Source: the human T2T-CHM13v2.0 reference genome, Homo sapiens. Taken from it: a DNA stretch of 64,000 nt. Below are positions 1 through 15,994 of the stretch, piece after piece. The translations under genes were made by a program, and so were the position numbers. The notes under the pieces were generated by a model. The model was not told where the DNA came from, made no database searches, and saw nothing but the letters and a program-made list of their open reading frames with translations. The stretch lies in assembly GCF_009914755.1 (NCBI RefSeq), contig NC_060925.1, one strand, 5' to 3'. The stretch's first letter is position 1. Each line of letters starts with the position of its first letter.

Positions 1-455
1 ATATCTTTATTATGGGAGTTCATGTGGACAGCTAAAATTTGGGGATTCTATCATTAAACATAACGGGAGAATGCTATTGTGGATAACTAGCAATCTTCAC
101 TATTCCAATTCAAAGGGGATTTAGTGGCTCTCACAATACGAATTATGCAGGGTTAGTATATAGTGGCTATCAGCAAAGTTTGTCAGGGCTCTAGCTTCTT
201 TTCTCTGAGACACCTCAGCTTTGCAGTGCTCCAAGTATTGGCTTTGTCTTTAGGCTAGCTCCCCTCCTGCTCATCAAGATAAAAACAGCAGTTGCAGGCA
301 TCACATTCAGATGCAACAAAGTCAAAAGATGGAGAAGAAGTGCCCTTCACTTTGCCTCCTTTTTAAAAGGGAAGAAAAGTCGCCTAGAAGCAGGTGGCAA
401 ACTTCCCCTCAAGCATCACTGACCAGCTGGCAACATAATCCCATGCCTACTATAA

Positions 456-1070
<615 letters not shown>

Positions 1071-1874
1071 TGGAGGAGTGGGAAAAAGATGTTGGGTTGA
1101 CATACCACGGTGTCTACCATAATGCATTTCCTAACTTTCTCATCATAGTATATTGCCATTACTAGCCAACTTGGACTCTAAGATCACACTACCAAAAATA
1201 TTCAGGTTAAGTCAGACCAGTTCTTATGCCCATCTCCCACCAACAAATTATGACCGAAGAAGCAAATGTGTGGACTAGTACGACACATCCACACTAAGTA
1301 GACTACAGATGTGTACAGCTCTCCCCATCCTCCACCTTGCCCATGGAGACTTCATTCTAGACACATCACTTTAAACTTTGTATCTAGCCACCTAAGTTAA
1401 CCCTTGTATAAATAAGAGGGAACTTCCCTGAGAAAAATATGTGCTATTTTAAAGCTGAAACTCATTTCTTATTTTATAAGCATCAGATCATTGAGAAGCT
1501 TTTGGAGGAAGCCACTGGGCCCTTTATATATTATGTAACTGACTATGCAATAATAAATCCAGTGGGGGAAAACAGTTTTCCTAACTGGTATTTGCTGCTG
1601 GCAGGCCTGCAAGTGCCCACTAGGATCTGTTTATCCCATGGTTTTCAGCTGCGGCACTGACTGTCCAGTACTTTTCTGACCCTCCACAGGACTTCTTATG
1701 TGGGAGATCTTTCAGGTTTGCTTTCTTTTTGATTCGTTAAAAATTCAAGGGTAATTTTTAGAAGGAAATAAAATTATTGCATAAACAGGAAAACACAGTG
1801 TGGGGGGTTTTTTGGTTTTGTTTTGGGGTTTTTTTTTAAGCTATAGTTTAATTTCATGCATACCAAAAGCTTTA

Positions 1875-2187
<313 letters not shown>

Positions 2188-2270
2188 CATGGCATAAAGA
2201 GAGAAGAGCACCCAAACTGATCACTGATGCCTGGAATCTATGAGCTTTCTTCCTCATTAAAAAAAAGATT

Positions 2271-2558
2271 GGCTGGGCACGGTATCTCATGCCTATAATC
2301 CCAGCACTTTGGGAGGCCGAGGCAGGCAGATCACAAGGTCAGGAGATCGAAGCCATCCTGGCCCACATGGTGAAACCCCGTCTCTACTAAAAATACAAAA
2401 ATTAGCTGGGCATGGTGGTGCGTGGCTGTAATCCTAGCTATTCGGGAGGCTGAGGCAGGAGAATCACTTGGACCAGGGAGTCAGAGGTTGCAGTGATCCG
2501 AGATCGTGCCACTACACTCCAGCTTGGTGACAGAGTGAGACTCTGTCTCAAAAAAAAA
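2271..2558 (+). mobile_element. AluS (Sc-like)
   Basis: GATCACAAGGTCAGGAGATCG and CATCCTGG diagnostics. Confidence 0.9.
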
Positions 2559-4663
2559 GGATCATTTTAGGTCAGTGCTAAAAGCATCACTTAAGACTAA
2601 CATATGACACAGCTCATGTGATCACAAGTTGGTCTCAGTATTATTTATTAATAGAAACATCTTATCAAGGGACACTACTGAAAGGCTTCTAGAAACAATC
2701 CTAAAAATTTATTCTGTTGTAAGAAACATGAGCATTGCCGTAATTTCCCAAACTAACATCTTTAGAAATGAAGTAACTCCTTAACGTAGATGATATATCT
2801 TTACCTGAAGATTAACTAAATCCTAAGAAACAATGTATTTTCAAAACATCCATATGACACAGATGTTTTGAGGCACACAAGGAATGGCAGCTGTTAAATG
2901 ATTTGTCTTAAAGTAAAGGCTGATTCAGCGTCAGTAGCATACAGCGGTTTATGATGCATACAAAATAAAGTTAACAAAAGTCACTCAAAATATATTGACT
3001 AGCTACTCTCCTTGTTAGCAAAGTTTATCAAGCTTAAAAGAAAGTTATTGTCTCAGCTTCAGGAGCTTTCAAATCTATATTTCACTGATGGCTACTTTAT
3101 GAGAAACAGGTCATAAAAGTATATTTAAACTTTACTGTCATACTTCCAATCGTTTTGCTTACAATTGAATCAAAGCTTGAGAATATTTATAGGCTAAAAA
3201 ATGGGCAAAGAGGTAAAGATAGGGCTATGATTTTACTCAGGAACCTGGGCTTCAAAACCATCAGGAAATCACAGCCCTGTGACCCTCATTTGCTCATGCA
3301 CTAACAATGTACAACACCATGCATTTTTCCAAGGTTCTTTTCTCTTTTGGCAAGACTAGCATTCTCACATGAAGCGATGAGTCTTTTTCCCTGGAGGTAT
3401 TCTAACTTTAACTCTTCTCTTCCCTCTCCCACTACACATACCTTGCAAGTGCCCTCCTGAATATAGAATGAAGAGAGAAAGCTGAACAAGACTGGGAAAT
3501 GTAATGACTGTCACACCATATGCTATAGGTTTACTCATTCAAACACTTGCATTACAAGTTCTTCATCTGCCCTAACTCCCTCGTACTTTTGTATATGTAA
3601 TAATTTAATAGCTTTCAGAATAAAGAAATTAATAGCATTTTCTTATTATCTGAGTACAATGTTTGCATCAATAGCAACAAATGGCACGGCCAGGAAGTCT
3701 TCTTTAAGCATGTTAATCCTTCACATTGCTTAACTTCAAATGATTAGTGTACTTGGCCATGCGTCCACATTAGGTGCTCCTAAGCTTTCCAGTGAAATAA
3801 AGTCTTATATAAATGCCTTAAACACAACTTTGCTAACATTCAAATGCAAGCCCTTTCTCACTACGTTCTGTTGATTGCCCTTTCAGTCCCTATACACTGG
3901 TAACACAAGCATGTAGCCACATTTTTAAGACTAAGGCAGGCTTCATTTATTTCTTTTAAGCTTAGTTCAGCTCTTTTACTAATATAAATAAATCATCCGT
4001 CTTTTCCCCTTTAACAAACAAAAGCAAAGAGATACTTGACCAAGTGTTATCCCCTGACAGTACAGGTTGTTGAGGATCTTTTACCTCCAAAAGCACCAGA
4101 GCAGGAATCTGTAAAATCAGCTCCGTTGCTCTTCACGTACCCTGATTTGATATCTTTTTAAAACGGTCTTAAATGTTGTGGTGACTGAAAACAAATGTGG
4201 AATAAGAACACCAAATAAATGATTTCCTCTTAGGAAAGGATTCAAGGGCCAAATAAACCTAGAGTTTAATACATAGTCTGGAAGATATTTCTGAAGCCGA
4301 GGGTGGGGGATCTGGCGGCGGGGCGGGGGAAAGACAGTAAATTGGTAAGATAACCAAATGTTAGGTAGCGGTTGAAGGCAAGTTTGGGGTGGGGGGTGAG
4401 AAGAGGGGAGGCCAAATACGCCCAGGAAATAAAGGAGATAACGAGTCAGGACTTCCTGCAGTTTCAGTTCGGTTTGGGTTTTGTTTTGTTTGTTTTGCAG
4501 CCTCACGCTCTCTACTGAGTCCCCACATCTCTGAGGGTCTCCCTAAATGAGTTTCTCCCCATCTGTAACTTTCGGGCAGTTACAAAGCACGCCAGTGTTC
4601 CTCTTTTGCTTCGCCCCTCTCCGGGGCGGGAAGGGAACGGCATGACATTGTCCTTTTTGCCGC

Positions 4664-4672
4664 TGATGAAAT
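4664..4672 (+). promoter_or_regulatory. Candidate C/EBP-ATF (CARE/AARE) element TGATGAAAT
   Basis: Matches TGATGHAAH at the edge of the CpG island in non-repeat DNA; NIBAN1 is known to be ER-stress/ATF4 inducible. Confidence 0.6.
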
Positions 4673-5182
4673 CATCCTGCAAGTGCTAGGATGAAGTGCG
4701 AGCGAAGCTGCGGCCAACGCCGCGCTTTCCAAAGCCAGGCCAACATTACTAAGAGGGAAATTCTGCTTTAGCTGCCGGGAATCCCCAGGGGTATCTCTAG
4801 AAACGCGGGATATCCCCGCTGCTCTCTTGGCGGCCAGTTCAGAAACCGCTCAGAACTCAGTCCAGGGCAGGTACTGGAGGGCGAAGTGCGCCGGGCGGGG
4901 GCGGCACTGACCCCGAGGCGGCGGGAGCGGCGAAGGCGCCGGCGTCCCCACCCGCATCCTGCACCTGCCTCGCTCCCAAGCCCTCCCGGTCCCCGGTCCA
5001 CACCCGCGCCGGAGCGCGCCGGCTGGGGCAGGAAACCCGACTCGCGCGGGCGGGCTGCGGTCGGGGATCCCCGCGCGCTACAGGGAGAGGGCCCGGGGCG
5101 CGCCCCTTGGGGCCCCGACCGCGGCAGCCAGCCTGGTGCACGGGTCAGGGTGCTCCCCAGGCCCCCGGGCGGGCGGGCGTAC

Positions 5183-5237
5183 CTCGGATGTAAGCGCACT
5201 TGCCCTCGTCCAGCTGGCTGGAGGCTGAGCCGCCCAT
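5183..5237 (-). CDS. NIBAN1: NIBAN1 (FAM129A) first coding exon: 18 codons + 1 nt, MGGSASSQLDEGKCAYIR(G)
   Basis: Translation matches the recognised N-terminus of Niban 1. ATG at 5237-5235 in strong Kozak context (GTCATGG). Donor GAG|GTACGC at 5182 is phase 1. MGxxxS N-myristoylation consensus. Remaining exons lie left of the window. Confidence 0.95.
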
Positions 5238-5705
5238 GACCGCGAGCTGCCTGTGCTGAGCGCGGAAACTGCCCGGTCCGCGCCCGCTGCTAGCTCCTGG
5301 AGGTTGATCCGACGGCGAACCCGGCTCTGAAATTAAGAGCAAACTTCCTTCGAGAGGCGAGAGACAGGAGGCAAGAGGCGTCGCCTTCTGGGGCGCCTCC
5401 TCCAGGTCCGCGCCTTCTGATGATCCGTGGGCCGGCCCGGGGGCTGTCTTCCCGCCCTCGCCTAGCTGGTGAGCTCCGACGGGCTGGCAACCGAGGAGGT
5501 CGGCCAGCTCCTCCTCCTCGCCCACGGTCACTTCTTGTTTTCATCCCTTTGGGGCATCCAAGAAACACCTTGGAGGAAGTGGACCATTTCTCAAGTGACT
5601 AAATCTCTGTGAGCTGGAACTTTCCCAGCTCACATCCTTCGAGGTGGAGCTCAAGATCACGTTGCCTTGTAAGTGTTGCTGTCCAAGAAGCAACAGTTCT
5701 TCCCA

Positions 5706-5875
5706 AGCATTACCTGGGAGCCTGTTAGAAATACAAAATCTCAGCGCTTTCGTCCACCACCCCTCTACACACACACAGACACACACACACTTAGAATCTG
5801 TGGGAGTGGAGCCCAGCAATCTGTGTTTGCACAAACCCTCCAGGGAATTCTGATGCCCGCTGAAGTTTGAGAACT
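5706..5875 (+). mobile_element. MER5A hAT-Charlie MITE with internal (CA)n
   Basis: GCATTACCTGGGAGCCTGTTAGAAAT...GCCCAGCAATCTGTGTTT...AAGTTTGAGAAC resembles the MER5A consensus. Confidence 0.8.
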
Positions 5876-6379
5876 AGAGGTAAACTATACCTTTCTGCAG
5901 GCGAGAACCTGGACCAAGGAGGGAGTGGGGAAATGAGGAAAAAAGGAAAGAGAAAAAAAAATGGAAAGACAGGGAAAAACTAAGGCTTGGTCCTGCAATA
6001 TACTCCCAGCCCTGAAACTTCCTAAGACTTGATGAACGTCTGTCCTTACCCCTTTACTTTCCATTCCTCTCCTTAACTGGAAATCAATCATTAGAAAAGA
6101 TATTTGTTCTTTTCCCACAACCACTATTTAGCTTGGCAGCCTCTCGGAACAAGACCCACTTGGGCAGAGGGGTCACCGCTGATTTCATCCTATTCTTAGT
6201 AGTCAGTTATTTTGCGACTCCTATTGACTTAACCTCAAGGTCAAATGGTCTGTATACACTAGAACCAGGCCTGAGGAGGACTTTGAAGGCTTTCCCACAC
6301 ACCCCCGCCTTCCCTATTAGCTAACTTGCACTTTAACACAATTATTTCATCACACTCACACCCAATCTCTCACACTCTA

Positions 6380-7110
6380 CATTCCAATCTGTCAGTAAAT
6401 CCTGTCAATTCAGCTTTTAAATATGTCCAATAGCCAACCAATTCTCATCCCCTCTACTGACATCCCATATCATTCCTCACCTTATTCATTACACTAGCTG
6501 CCTAACTGATCTACCTTCTTCAGAGAAAAGCCACGACGTCTATCAGGGCCTAGGTGGAGTTTCCTCTGTGATCTTCTCTACCACCACTCCTTGTTCTCTC
6601 TGTTCCAGCCCTACTAGCCTTTTTTTTTACTCTTTCTGAGACACATCAAGCTCAGGGCCTTTGCACTTGTTTTTCATTTCTGTAGGATGCTCTTCCTTCA
6701 GATATTCACATAGGTTACTCTCTCAGTCATTTCATTCAAGCCTCCACTTTAATGCTAGTAATTCAGAGAGGTTCTCCTTGACCCAGGAACACCAGCCATC
6801 ACCTCTCTCTGCCACTTGCTCTTCATTATTTCTGTTTCATATCACTTAGTATCATCTAACACATATTTCTTTGTCTATCTTCCCCCACTGCGATGTAAAC
6901 TCTATAAGATCAGGGATTTTCTTTGTTGTTATTGTTGTTTCTTGGGGCTTTTTCCCTCAAAATTTCTGTTTCCTTTTTTATTATTATTTTTCCTCTTATG
7001 GCAGGGATTTTTTTGTCTATTCTGTCCTCTGCTGTATTTCAAATGCCTAGAAGAGCACCTAGCATGTAGTAGGTGTCCAGTAGATAACCACTGAATAAGT
7101 GAATGAATGA
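6380..7110 (+). mobile_element. L2 3' region
   Basis: Ends in L2-type terminus CCTAGCATGTAGTAGGTG...GAATGAATGAA. Confidence 0.75.
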
Positions 7111-7971
7111 AAAATAAAATGTAAAAATCTGTACTCAACAAAAACTGTGATCTCAAGCATTTCCAGATAACAACTCAATGATTTAAAATATTTAGTGTTG
7201 AACTCTTCTCTCAATACTCTAGTTGGCTCCTAGAATTAAGTGTATCTTCTTGGAGAAGTAATTTCTTTGACTATATAAATTGCTATAACTGTGCCTCAGA
7301 ATACTGTTATTGTTATTGAAGAAAACTAGCTTGGATCTCCTGCCAGAAGTGTAGTTTTAGCTTGTCACCTCTACTTCAGGAATACTCTGAGAAAGGACTG
7401 ATTATCCTCATCTACCCTTATCCACTCATTTGTAAATATTCACGGATGAAACAGAGTACAAAGATGGATTCACACAAACAAATGGAAAAACATTCAATGC
7501 TCATAGATAAGAAGAATCAATATTGTTAAAATGGTCATACTGCCCAGAGCAATGTACAGATTCAAAGCTCTTCCTATCAAACTACCAAAGACATGCCTCA
7601 CAGAATTAGAAAAAAACTATTCTAAAATTCAGATGAAACTAAAAAAGAGCCTGAATAGCTAGTGCAATCCTAAGCAAAAAGAACAAAGCTGTTGGCATGG
7701 CATGATCTGACTTCAAACTATACTAGAAGGGTACAGTCACCAAAACAGCATAATGCTGGTACAAAAACAGTATACCAAAAATATTGGACAAAAACAGATA
7801 CATAGACCAATGGAACAGAATAGAGAAATAAACCAGAAATAAAGGTGCACACCTACAACCATCTGATCTTCAACAAAGCTGACAAAAGCAATGGGGAAAG
7901 GACTCTCCCTATTCAATAAATGGTGCTGGAATAACTGGCTAGCCATATGCAGGTGATTGAAACTCGACCCC

Positions 7972-8267
<296 letters not shown>

Positions 8268-8795
8268 GGACCCATTCTTTATATTATACCATACACAAAA
8301 ATCAACTCAAGATGGATTAAAGACTTAAGTGTAAAACCCAAAACTACAAAAACTCTTGAAGAAATCTAGGAATACCATTCTAGACATAGGCACTGGCAAA
8401 GATTTCATGATGAAGACATGAAAAGCAGTTGCAACAAGAACAAAAATTGACAAATGGGACCTGATTTGACTAAAGAGCTTCTGCACAGCAAAAGAAACTA
8501 TCAACAGAGTAAATAGACAACTCAGAGAATGGGAGAATATATTTGTGAACTATGCATCTAACAGAGATCTAATATCCAGAATCTGTAAGAAATTTAAAGT
8601 AGCAAGTAATAAACAAACAACTCCATTAAAAAGTGGGCAAAGGACATAAGCAGACACTTTTCCAAAGAAGACATATACACAGCCAACAAGCATATGAAAA
8701 AATGCTCAACATCACTAATCATTAGAGAAATACAAATCAAAACCACAATGAGATACCATCTCATACCAGTTAGAGAGCTATTATTAAAAAGTTCC

Positions 8796-9165
<370 letters not shown>

Positions 9166-9557
9166 TCAAAGAACTTAGAACTACCATTCAACCCAACAAT
9201 CCCATTATTGGATATTACCCAAAGGAATATAAATCACTATACCATAAAGACATATACATACATATGTTCATTGCAGTGCTATTCACAATACCAAAGACAT
9301 GGAATCAACCCAAATGCCCATCAACAGTAGACTAGATAAAGAAAATGCGGTACATATACTCCATGGAAGACTACACAGCCATAAAAAAGAATGAGATCAT
9401 GTCCTTTGCAACAAAGTGGATGGAGCTGGAGGCAATTATCCTAAGTGAATTAACACAGGAACAGAAAACCAAATGCCACATGTTCTCACTTATAAATGGC
9501 AGCTAAACTTTGAGTACACATGGACTTAAAGAAGGGAACAATAGACATCAGGGCCTA

Positions 9558-10325
<768 letters not shown>

Positions 10326-10836
10326 AAAAGGGCAAAAGTGAGGAAGGAAAGCAATTTTCTAGAGAAGGTGAAATTTTAATTGGACCTTGAAACTTATTGA
10401 TGTTACATGAAGAAAGAGCTACGGCTTCCTTTCTTCCTCCAAACAAAGTTCTTTTTCCCCCAGTGGTTTACAGGAAAAATTAAGGAATTCATTATTTTAG
10501 TCATAGTATTTAATATTTGCAAATCCTATGTGGGCATCATTTTATTAATCACACACTAAAAATGAGTCTCCAAGCAATTCAATAACTTTATGAACCAGAT
10601 TCAATTTCACATTATTCAAATCAGCTACTTCAGAAAATTTTCTTTGCAATGTTAGTTTCTGTACTGTATCTGTATTTTGTATTAAAATACTCTTAAGACC
10701 ATTTCTTTAAGGTAATTATCACACACTAAAATGATTACTTTTTAAACATCTTCACTGAGATATAATTCGTATACCATAAATTCACCCTTTTTGCCAAAGG
10801 CTCGAATTAGTTCAGTAGTCATTTAGCATCTTTAAA

Positions 10837-10837
<1 letters not shown>

Positions 10838-10876
<39 letters not shown>
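10838..10876. repeat. (TG)n microsatellite
   Basis: About 19 perfect TG units. Confidence 0.97.
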
Positions 10877-10879
<3 letters not shown>

Positions 10880-11059
10880 GGATTCCCTTGCACATCATAG
10901 AACTATGAAGCCCTTGTTTGCCATGGTCTCATATGAGTTAGTGGAATCTATCTACTTAACTGCCTGCAGAGCAGAGACTATTTCAAACTTCTTTGTAATT
11001 CTCCAAGTACCTTATACAGCCTTGTGATATAGCAGTAGAAATTCTGTAATTGATTAATT

Positions 11060-11240
11060 GATAAGTGCACACGGTAGTTTACATCATTACTAATTTAATC
11101 TTCACAAAAACCCACTAAGGCAAGCACTATTATTATCATCACTTCACAGATGAGGAAACCAAGGTTAAGAAGTTTTAGGAATTTATCTAAGATCACCTGT
11201 GACCTGGGCTTGTCTGACTTGAGTTCATCCTCTTAACCAT
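11060..11240 (-). mobile_element. MIR
   Basis: Reverse core ACAGATGAGGAAACCAAGGTTAAGAAG. Confidence 0.7.
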
Positions 11241-13208
11241 AATAATGCTTTTATCTTAAATCTTGATTTTGTTTATTTACGTAAGTAATCCAAGTTTTAC
11301 TATAAAAAATTAGAAAATATAGATAAATAATAAGAAAAATGGAGAAAAATGTCCAAATCCCAACATCGATATCTTTAGATAGCCCCAATTACCAGTTTGG
11401 TGTAAATTCCTACAGATTCACATATAATTATGAATACATGCATAATTATAATTTATAAGTATATATAAACTTACTAGAATTACTTATTCACCAAAATGAG
11501 ATGTTGCGCTCTATACATTCTTTAATCTGTGTCATAATTTTTCATATGGAATGTTTCCACTTAACTAAATATTTATTTCTAGGTCAATGGTATTTCACTG
11601 TATAAATGTAGCTTAATTCATCTACCTACTAACAATGTGTAATTCTCATTTGCATACCCCTATATTACACTGGACATTTTAATATCTTTTAAAATTAGCC
11701 TATTATTATTATTATTATTATTAATACTTGTCAATTTGGGTGTCTAAATAGGTGTCATATTCTGTTGCTCAATTTTGAAATTTTTAATGAGGAAGAATAT
11801 TTTTTCCATGGGCTTTCTGGCCATATGTGTTCCTTCTTTGTGAATTGCCTATTCTTGTACTTCTCCATTTTTCTATTGATTTCTTATCCTTATTGTTATG
11901 GAAACATTTTATATCTATATTAGAGACATTAACCCTTTTACTGTAAAACACATTGCAAATTAAACACATTTTTCTTTCGGAAACATATTTCCCTGTGCTC
12001 TATATTGGATTTTCTTTTCTGAATATTGACCTAACTGCAGGCAAATTTAAAAATCAGATTTGTCTCTGCCACCTTCTCATCTTTCCTCATTCCCTCTTAG
12101 CCTTACGTAATGTCTAAAGAATGCCTAGCCTAATCAATAATATCTCTTATAGGTTGTTGTACCTAGGGTTTTTATACAAAATGGATTAACTTGGAAGTCA
12201 TTTTACAAATTTTTAAAAAATATATAAATTTGTTTACTTACTAGCTGCCTCAAAAGATGGTTATAATAATCTAATACAATCTGTCTTAGGGGCTCAAAAT
12301 TTACAGTGGAAAAGACTAGGCTTTAATCCTCATTCTGATACTGGCTTGCCTCATGATCTTGGGAAATAACTTAAATTTTCTAAGCTTCATATTCCTTATC
12401 TTCAAAATAGGTATCTGCAAAAATTAGATAAGATCATATGTGTAATATACTTAATACATATGACTATACCTACATATTTATCATTCTCTAAATGAAGCTA
12501 ATATATAACTAGTGATAAATAAAAAGATACTTTAACTGTTTTATCAGTGCTAGTCTTTTTTATTCATATGCTTGTTATAATACTTTTGTGGCCAGTACAT
12601 CAAACTCCCCAGGGGCAGGTATTAATACCAATTTTGAAAGGGAAAATGTGTATTACTATGTTTTAATTGTATATGTGAACAACAAAACATAACTGTCTTC
12701 ATAATACAAACTATAGAAAGCCAAGCTGAATAAAATCTTTTCTAGAGGTAACATGTTGAAGATGGAATCCAATTTCTGCTTATCAATGACTCTTGAAGTT
12801 GCAGGAATTCCAGGACTGTGCGGCATTTTTATTGGAAAAAGACAGATATTTTTTAAGTTGAGAAACACTTGCTCAATGTGCTTTTCAAATGTAAGTCATC
12901 ACAATTATATATAAACCTCTAGTATTTGCATAAGACCATAGACACAGAATACAAGTTCAAGTATTTTAACAGAAACCAGTAAAGGCTTGGAACTAAGGAT
13001 GACAACTCTAGAACCAAGGAGACGTTTAGATGTGTAGGCACCAGTCTTTCAAATCTGACAAATACCAGACCAGCACAGTTGCCCTTGTGAAAACTGTAGC
13101 CATATTACCGCCAAAGATAAACAGATTACATGGGTTCTTCTGAAGTCAAGGCTCTGAAGGACCTTGTATTTGGGGAAGTTAGTTTAGTGTTAGTGCACAA
13201 AGGGAAGA

Positions 13209-13222
13209 GTGCCACCTGCTGG
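13209..13222 (-). promoter_or_regulatory. CTCF core motif
   Basis: Minus strand CCAGCAGGTGGCAC matches CCASYAGRKGGCRS at all 14 positions, in non-repeat sequence. Confidence 0.7.
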
Positions 13223-13705
13223 GCCACCGATGATGCTCCCCGTGGGGCCACAGCTACTGGGCAGGGTGGGAAAGAACACTGACTCCGGTCCAAATCAAAT
13301 TCATTTTGCTACATCTAGATTAGCTTAACAGTCGTTTGGAATTATTCAGCGATTTCTTACAAATATTAATATCCAAGCTTCTTTCTCCTCAGCTAACAAG
13401 TGAATCACTCTTTGAGAACAGAACTTTTCCGGCTAAATTTATTTAAGGGGGCTAATTCTAGTATTTTAACATGCAAACTTGTACACATGTGTAAGCTTTG
13501 TACCCACAAAATGTGCTCATAACACACATTTTTGACATTAATTATATTTTGTAAAGCACAGGGTTTTTTTCATTCTTTTGACTTAAGAGTCATCGTTCCC
13601 TCTTCTCTTTACGGTGCAAAATGCCAGCACAGTAATTCTCTTAGGCAGGTGTCAGTAGTTGCCGAGAATAGGCCAGGGCTCTGATTTCTATTCTATTGTG
13701 CTTGA

Positions 13706-14023
<318 letters not shown>

Positions 14024-15994
14024 GGGAAGAAGTATTGGTGGTGGAACCACAAGGGCGTGTAGGAACAGTGGGACTGATTCGTCAAAGTGGGGTGGGGTAT
14101 TATGTCACTAATGTTGTTTAGAATTCCTGCACATGGTGATTTAAAAAAATGCAAGCTGAGTTAGTTTTATTATTGCTTTTCAGTGCTCTACAGAGTGTAC
14201 CCCTTTTTGCCTGAACCAAGGACAGACCACTCCCACAGCATTCCTTCCCATATACCTCTAAATATTTTCACTCACAAATGGTGTAGGGAGTGAGGCAGAG
14301 ATGTCTCGATTTATATGCCTTGTTTATGGAAGGAATATATGCTCTTCTACATTGGCATGACTTATTGTACCTAATTAAAATTATCTGCATCCATACTGCC
14401 TTAAAATCTTTTTCCTATTTTGACATTGTACCAATTATCAATTCATTTGGGTTACAAATTATAAAGCTATCATATTAAATATCTTAAGGTGAATTCATAT
14501 AATCAGATTGCATGCCTTGTAAAATTTAGCTAAAATCAGCTCATTGCCAGAGTAACAGTATTGAAGGAGAAGAAGGAAAGAGTAATCTAAACATCAAAAC
14601 ACATCATGGTAGTCTATTTCCAAACTAGGTTAATCAGGATCTTGCCCAGGATTTTTCTACTGTAGTTATTGAAGAAAACTGTTGCTTTCCCCTGGGGTCA
14701 ATAAGTTGGTAGAATAGGAATCTTGAGCCACCAAGTGGACATTTGTCTACCAGAAGGACAGACCTTGATTGAAAGAAAATAATTTTTTGATGACATCTCA
14801 TTAGTTGAGCCCTGGTTTGCCCAGTTACATGAAACAAATCCTCTCATTGTGTTTGTTAAGCAAGTGTGAATTGGATTTCTGTCTTCCCAACAAAAAGTAT
14901 TTTGACAAATAGAAGGCTTTAAATATAGTGCTTGTGTGCAAGATTAAAATATTCTGTAGTTATACTATATCCTTTTATATAAATGATAAAAGCAAATATA
15001 AGCAGATCATTTTCTATGAGTGATTTGCAGCACATGCCAACAAATGGCAGTTGCCACAATATATAACAATTTACTTTTCTCATTCATTTGTTATTCTCTA
15101 TAGTCAGTTTTGAAACTGATTTATTTTCATTCTAGACATTTCATTAATTATTGACTACACATATACACTAATTCCAATTTATATTTAAAAGCAGCTGGCT
15201 GAAATCTTGGCAAGAGAATTAGCAGTGATTCCACGCCTCATGATCTGAATATATGTAAATATAGTCCGACCTTACTCCCATTTTATTCATTTTTTAAAAA
15301 ACTAGATTCATAAAATTCTAACTTCTAGTTCAAGTCATGCTGCAATTAAATTAGGAAACATGGCAGACTTTGGGTTAGAACTAAATCAGATTGGCAGAAA
15401 TTTTGCAACCTTAACGGCCATGTTTTACATACTGTTATTGAAGTTACAGCCATGTAAATTATATGATTTAATCTTAGAATTCTTGGAAATTACCGTTAAT
15501 TTATAATAACTTTAATTTAGAGAGAGCACAGTGTAGATAAATTAAACAATATTGAGACAGCTATCATGAAAGTATCAGTAGAAAACGAGCTGGAGAACAA
15601 GGACAGTGTCAACTTTCTGGGTTTTCAATGGGATTTTTTGTTTGGTTTTGTTGTTTGTCGGGGAGTTTTTGTTTGTGTGTTTGTTTAGTTTTGGTTTTTT
15701 GAGACAGATGCACTATGATCTTTATTGCCATGGCTTGGTATCCACTGACTGGAATAGCACCAGGCTTATGGTCAGTGCTCAATAAAGGTTTATTGAACGA
15801 ATGAGTGTTCTATAACAGACGCAAATCTGGTGCAACATGAGTTTTTCTGTTATTGCTGTAGGTAATAAAACATGGCCATTGTGTACTAAACCAGAAGGAA
15901 TTTTCAGGTGTCCCTTTTTCAAGCTTCCTCATCCTAATAGTAAAGGAACTGAGACCAGAAAAGGTAAAGTGACTGCCCAAAACAGAGAAAGGAA

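Larger units (their letters stand above)
4560..5560. promoter_or_regulatory. CpG island / TATA-less NIBAN1 promoter and 5'UTR
   Basis: Very GC- and CpG-rich against an AT-rich background, with multiple GGGCGG boxes, spanning exon 1. TSS is probably ~5350-5450 but cannot be fixed from sequence. Confidence 0.9.

Noticed and set aside
4768-5602. Several overlapping Arg/Pro/Gly-rich ORFs on both strands
   Set aside because: Expected stop-codon scarcity in a CpG island; only the NIBAN1 frame has a recognisable product and splice donor.
10548-10735. Near-identical ATCACACACTAAAA(A)TGA twice, ~170 bp apart
   Set aside because: Only two short AT-rich copies; the intervening DNA has no recognisable element or tail, and it is not an array.
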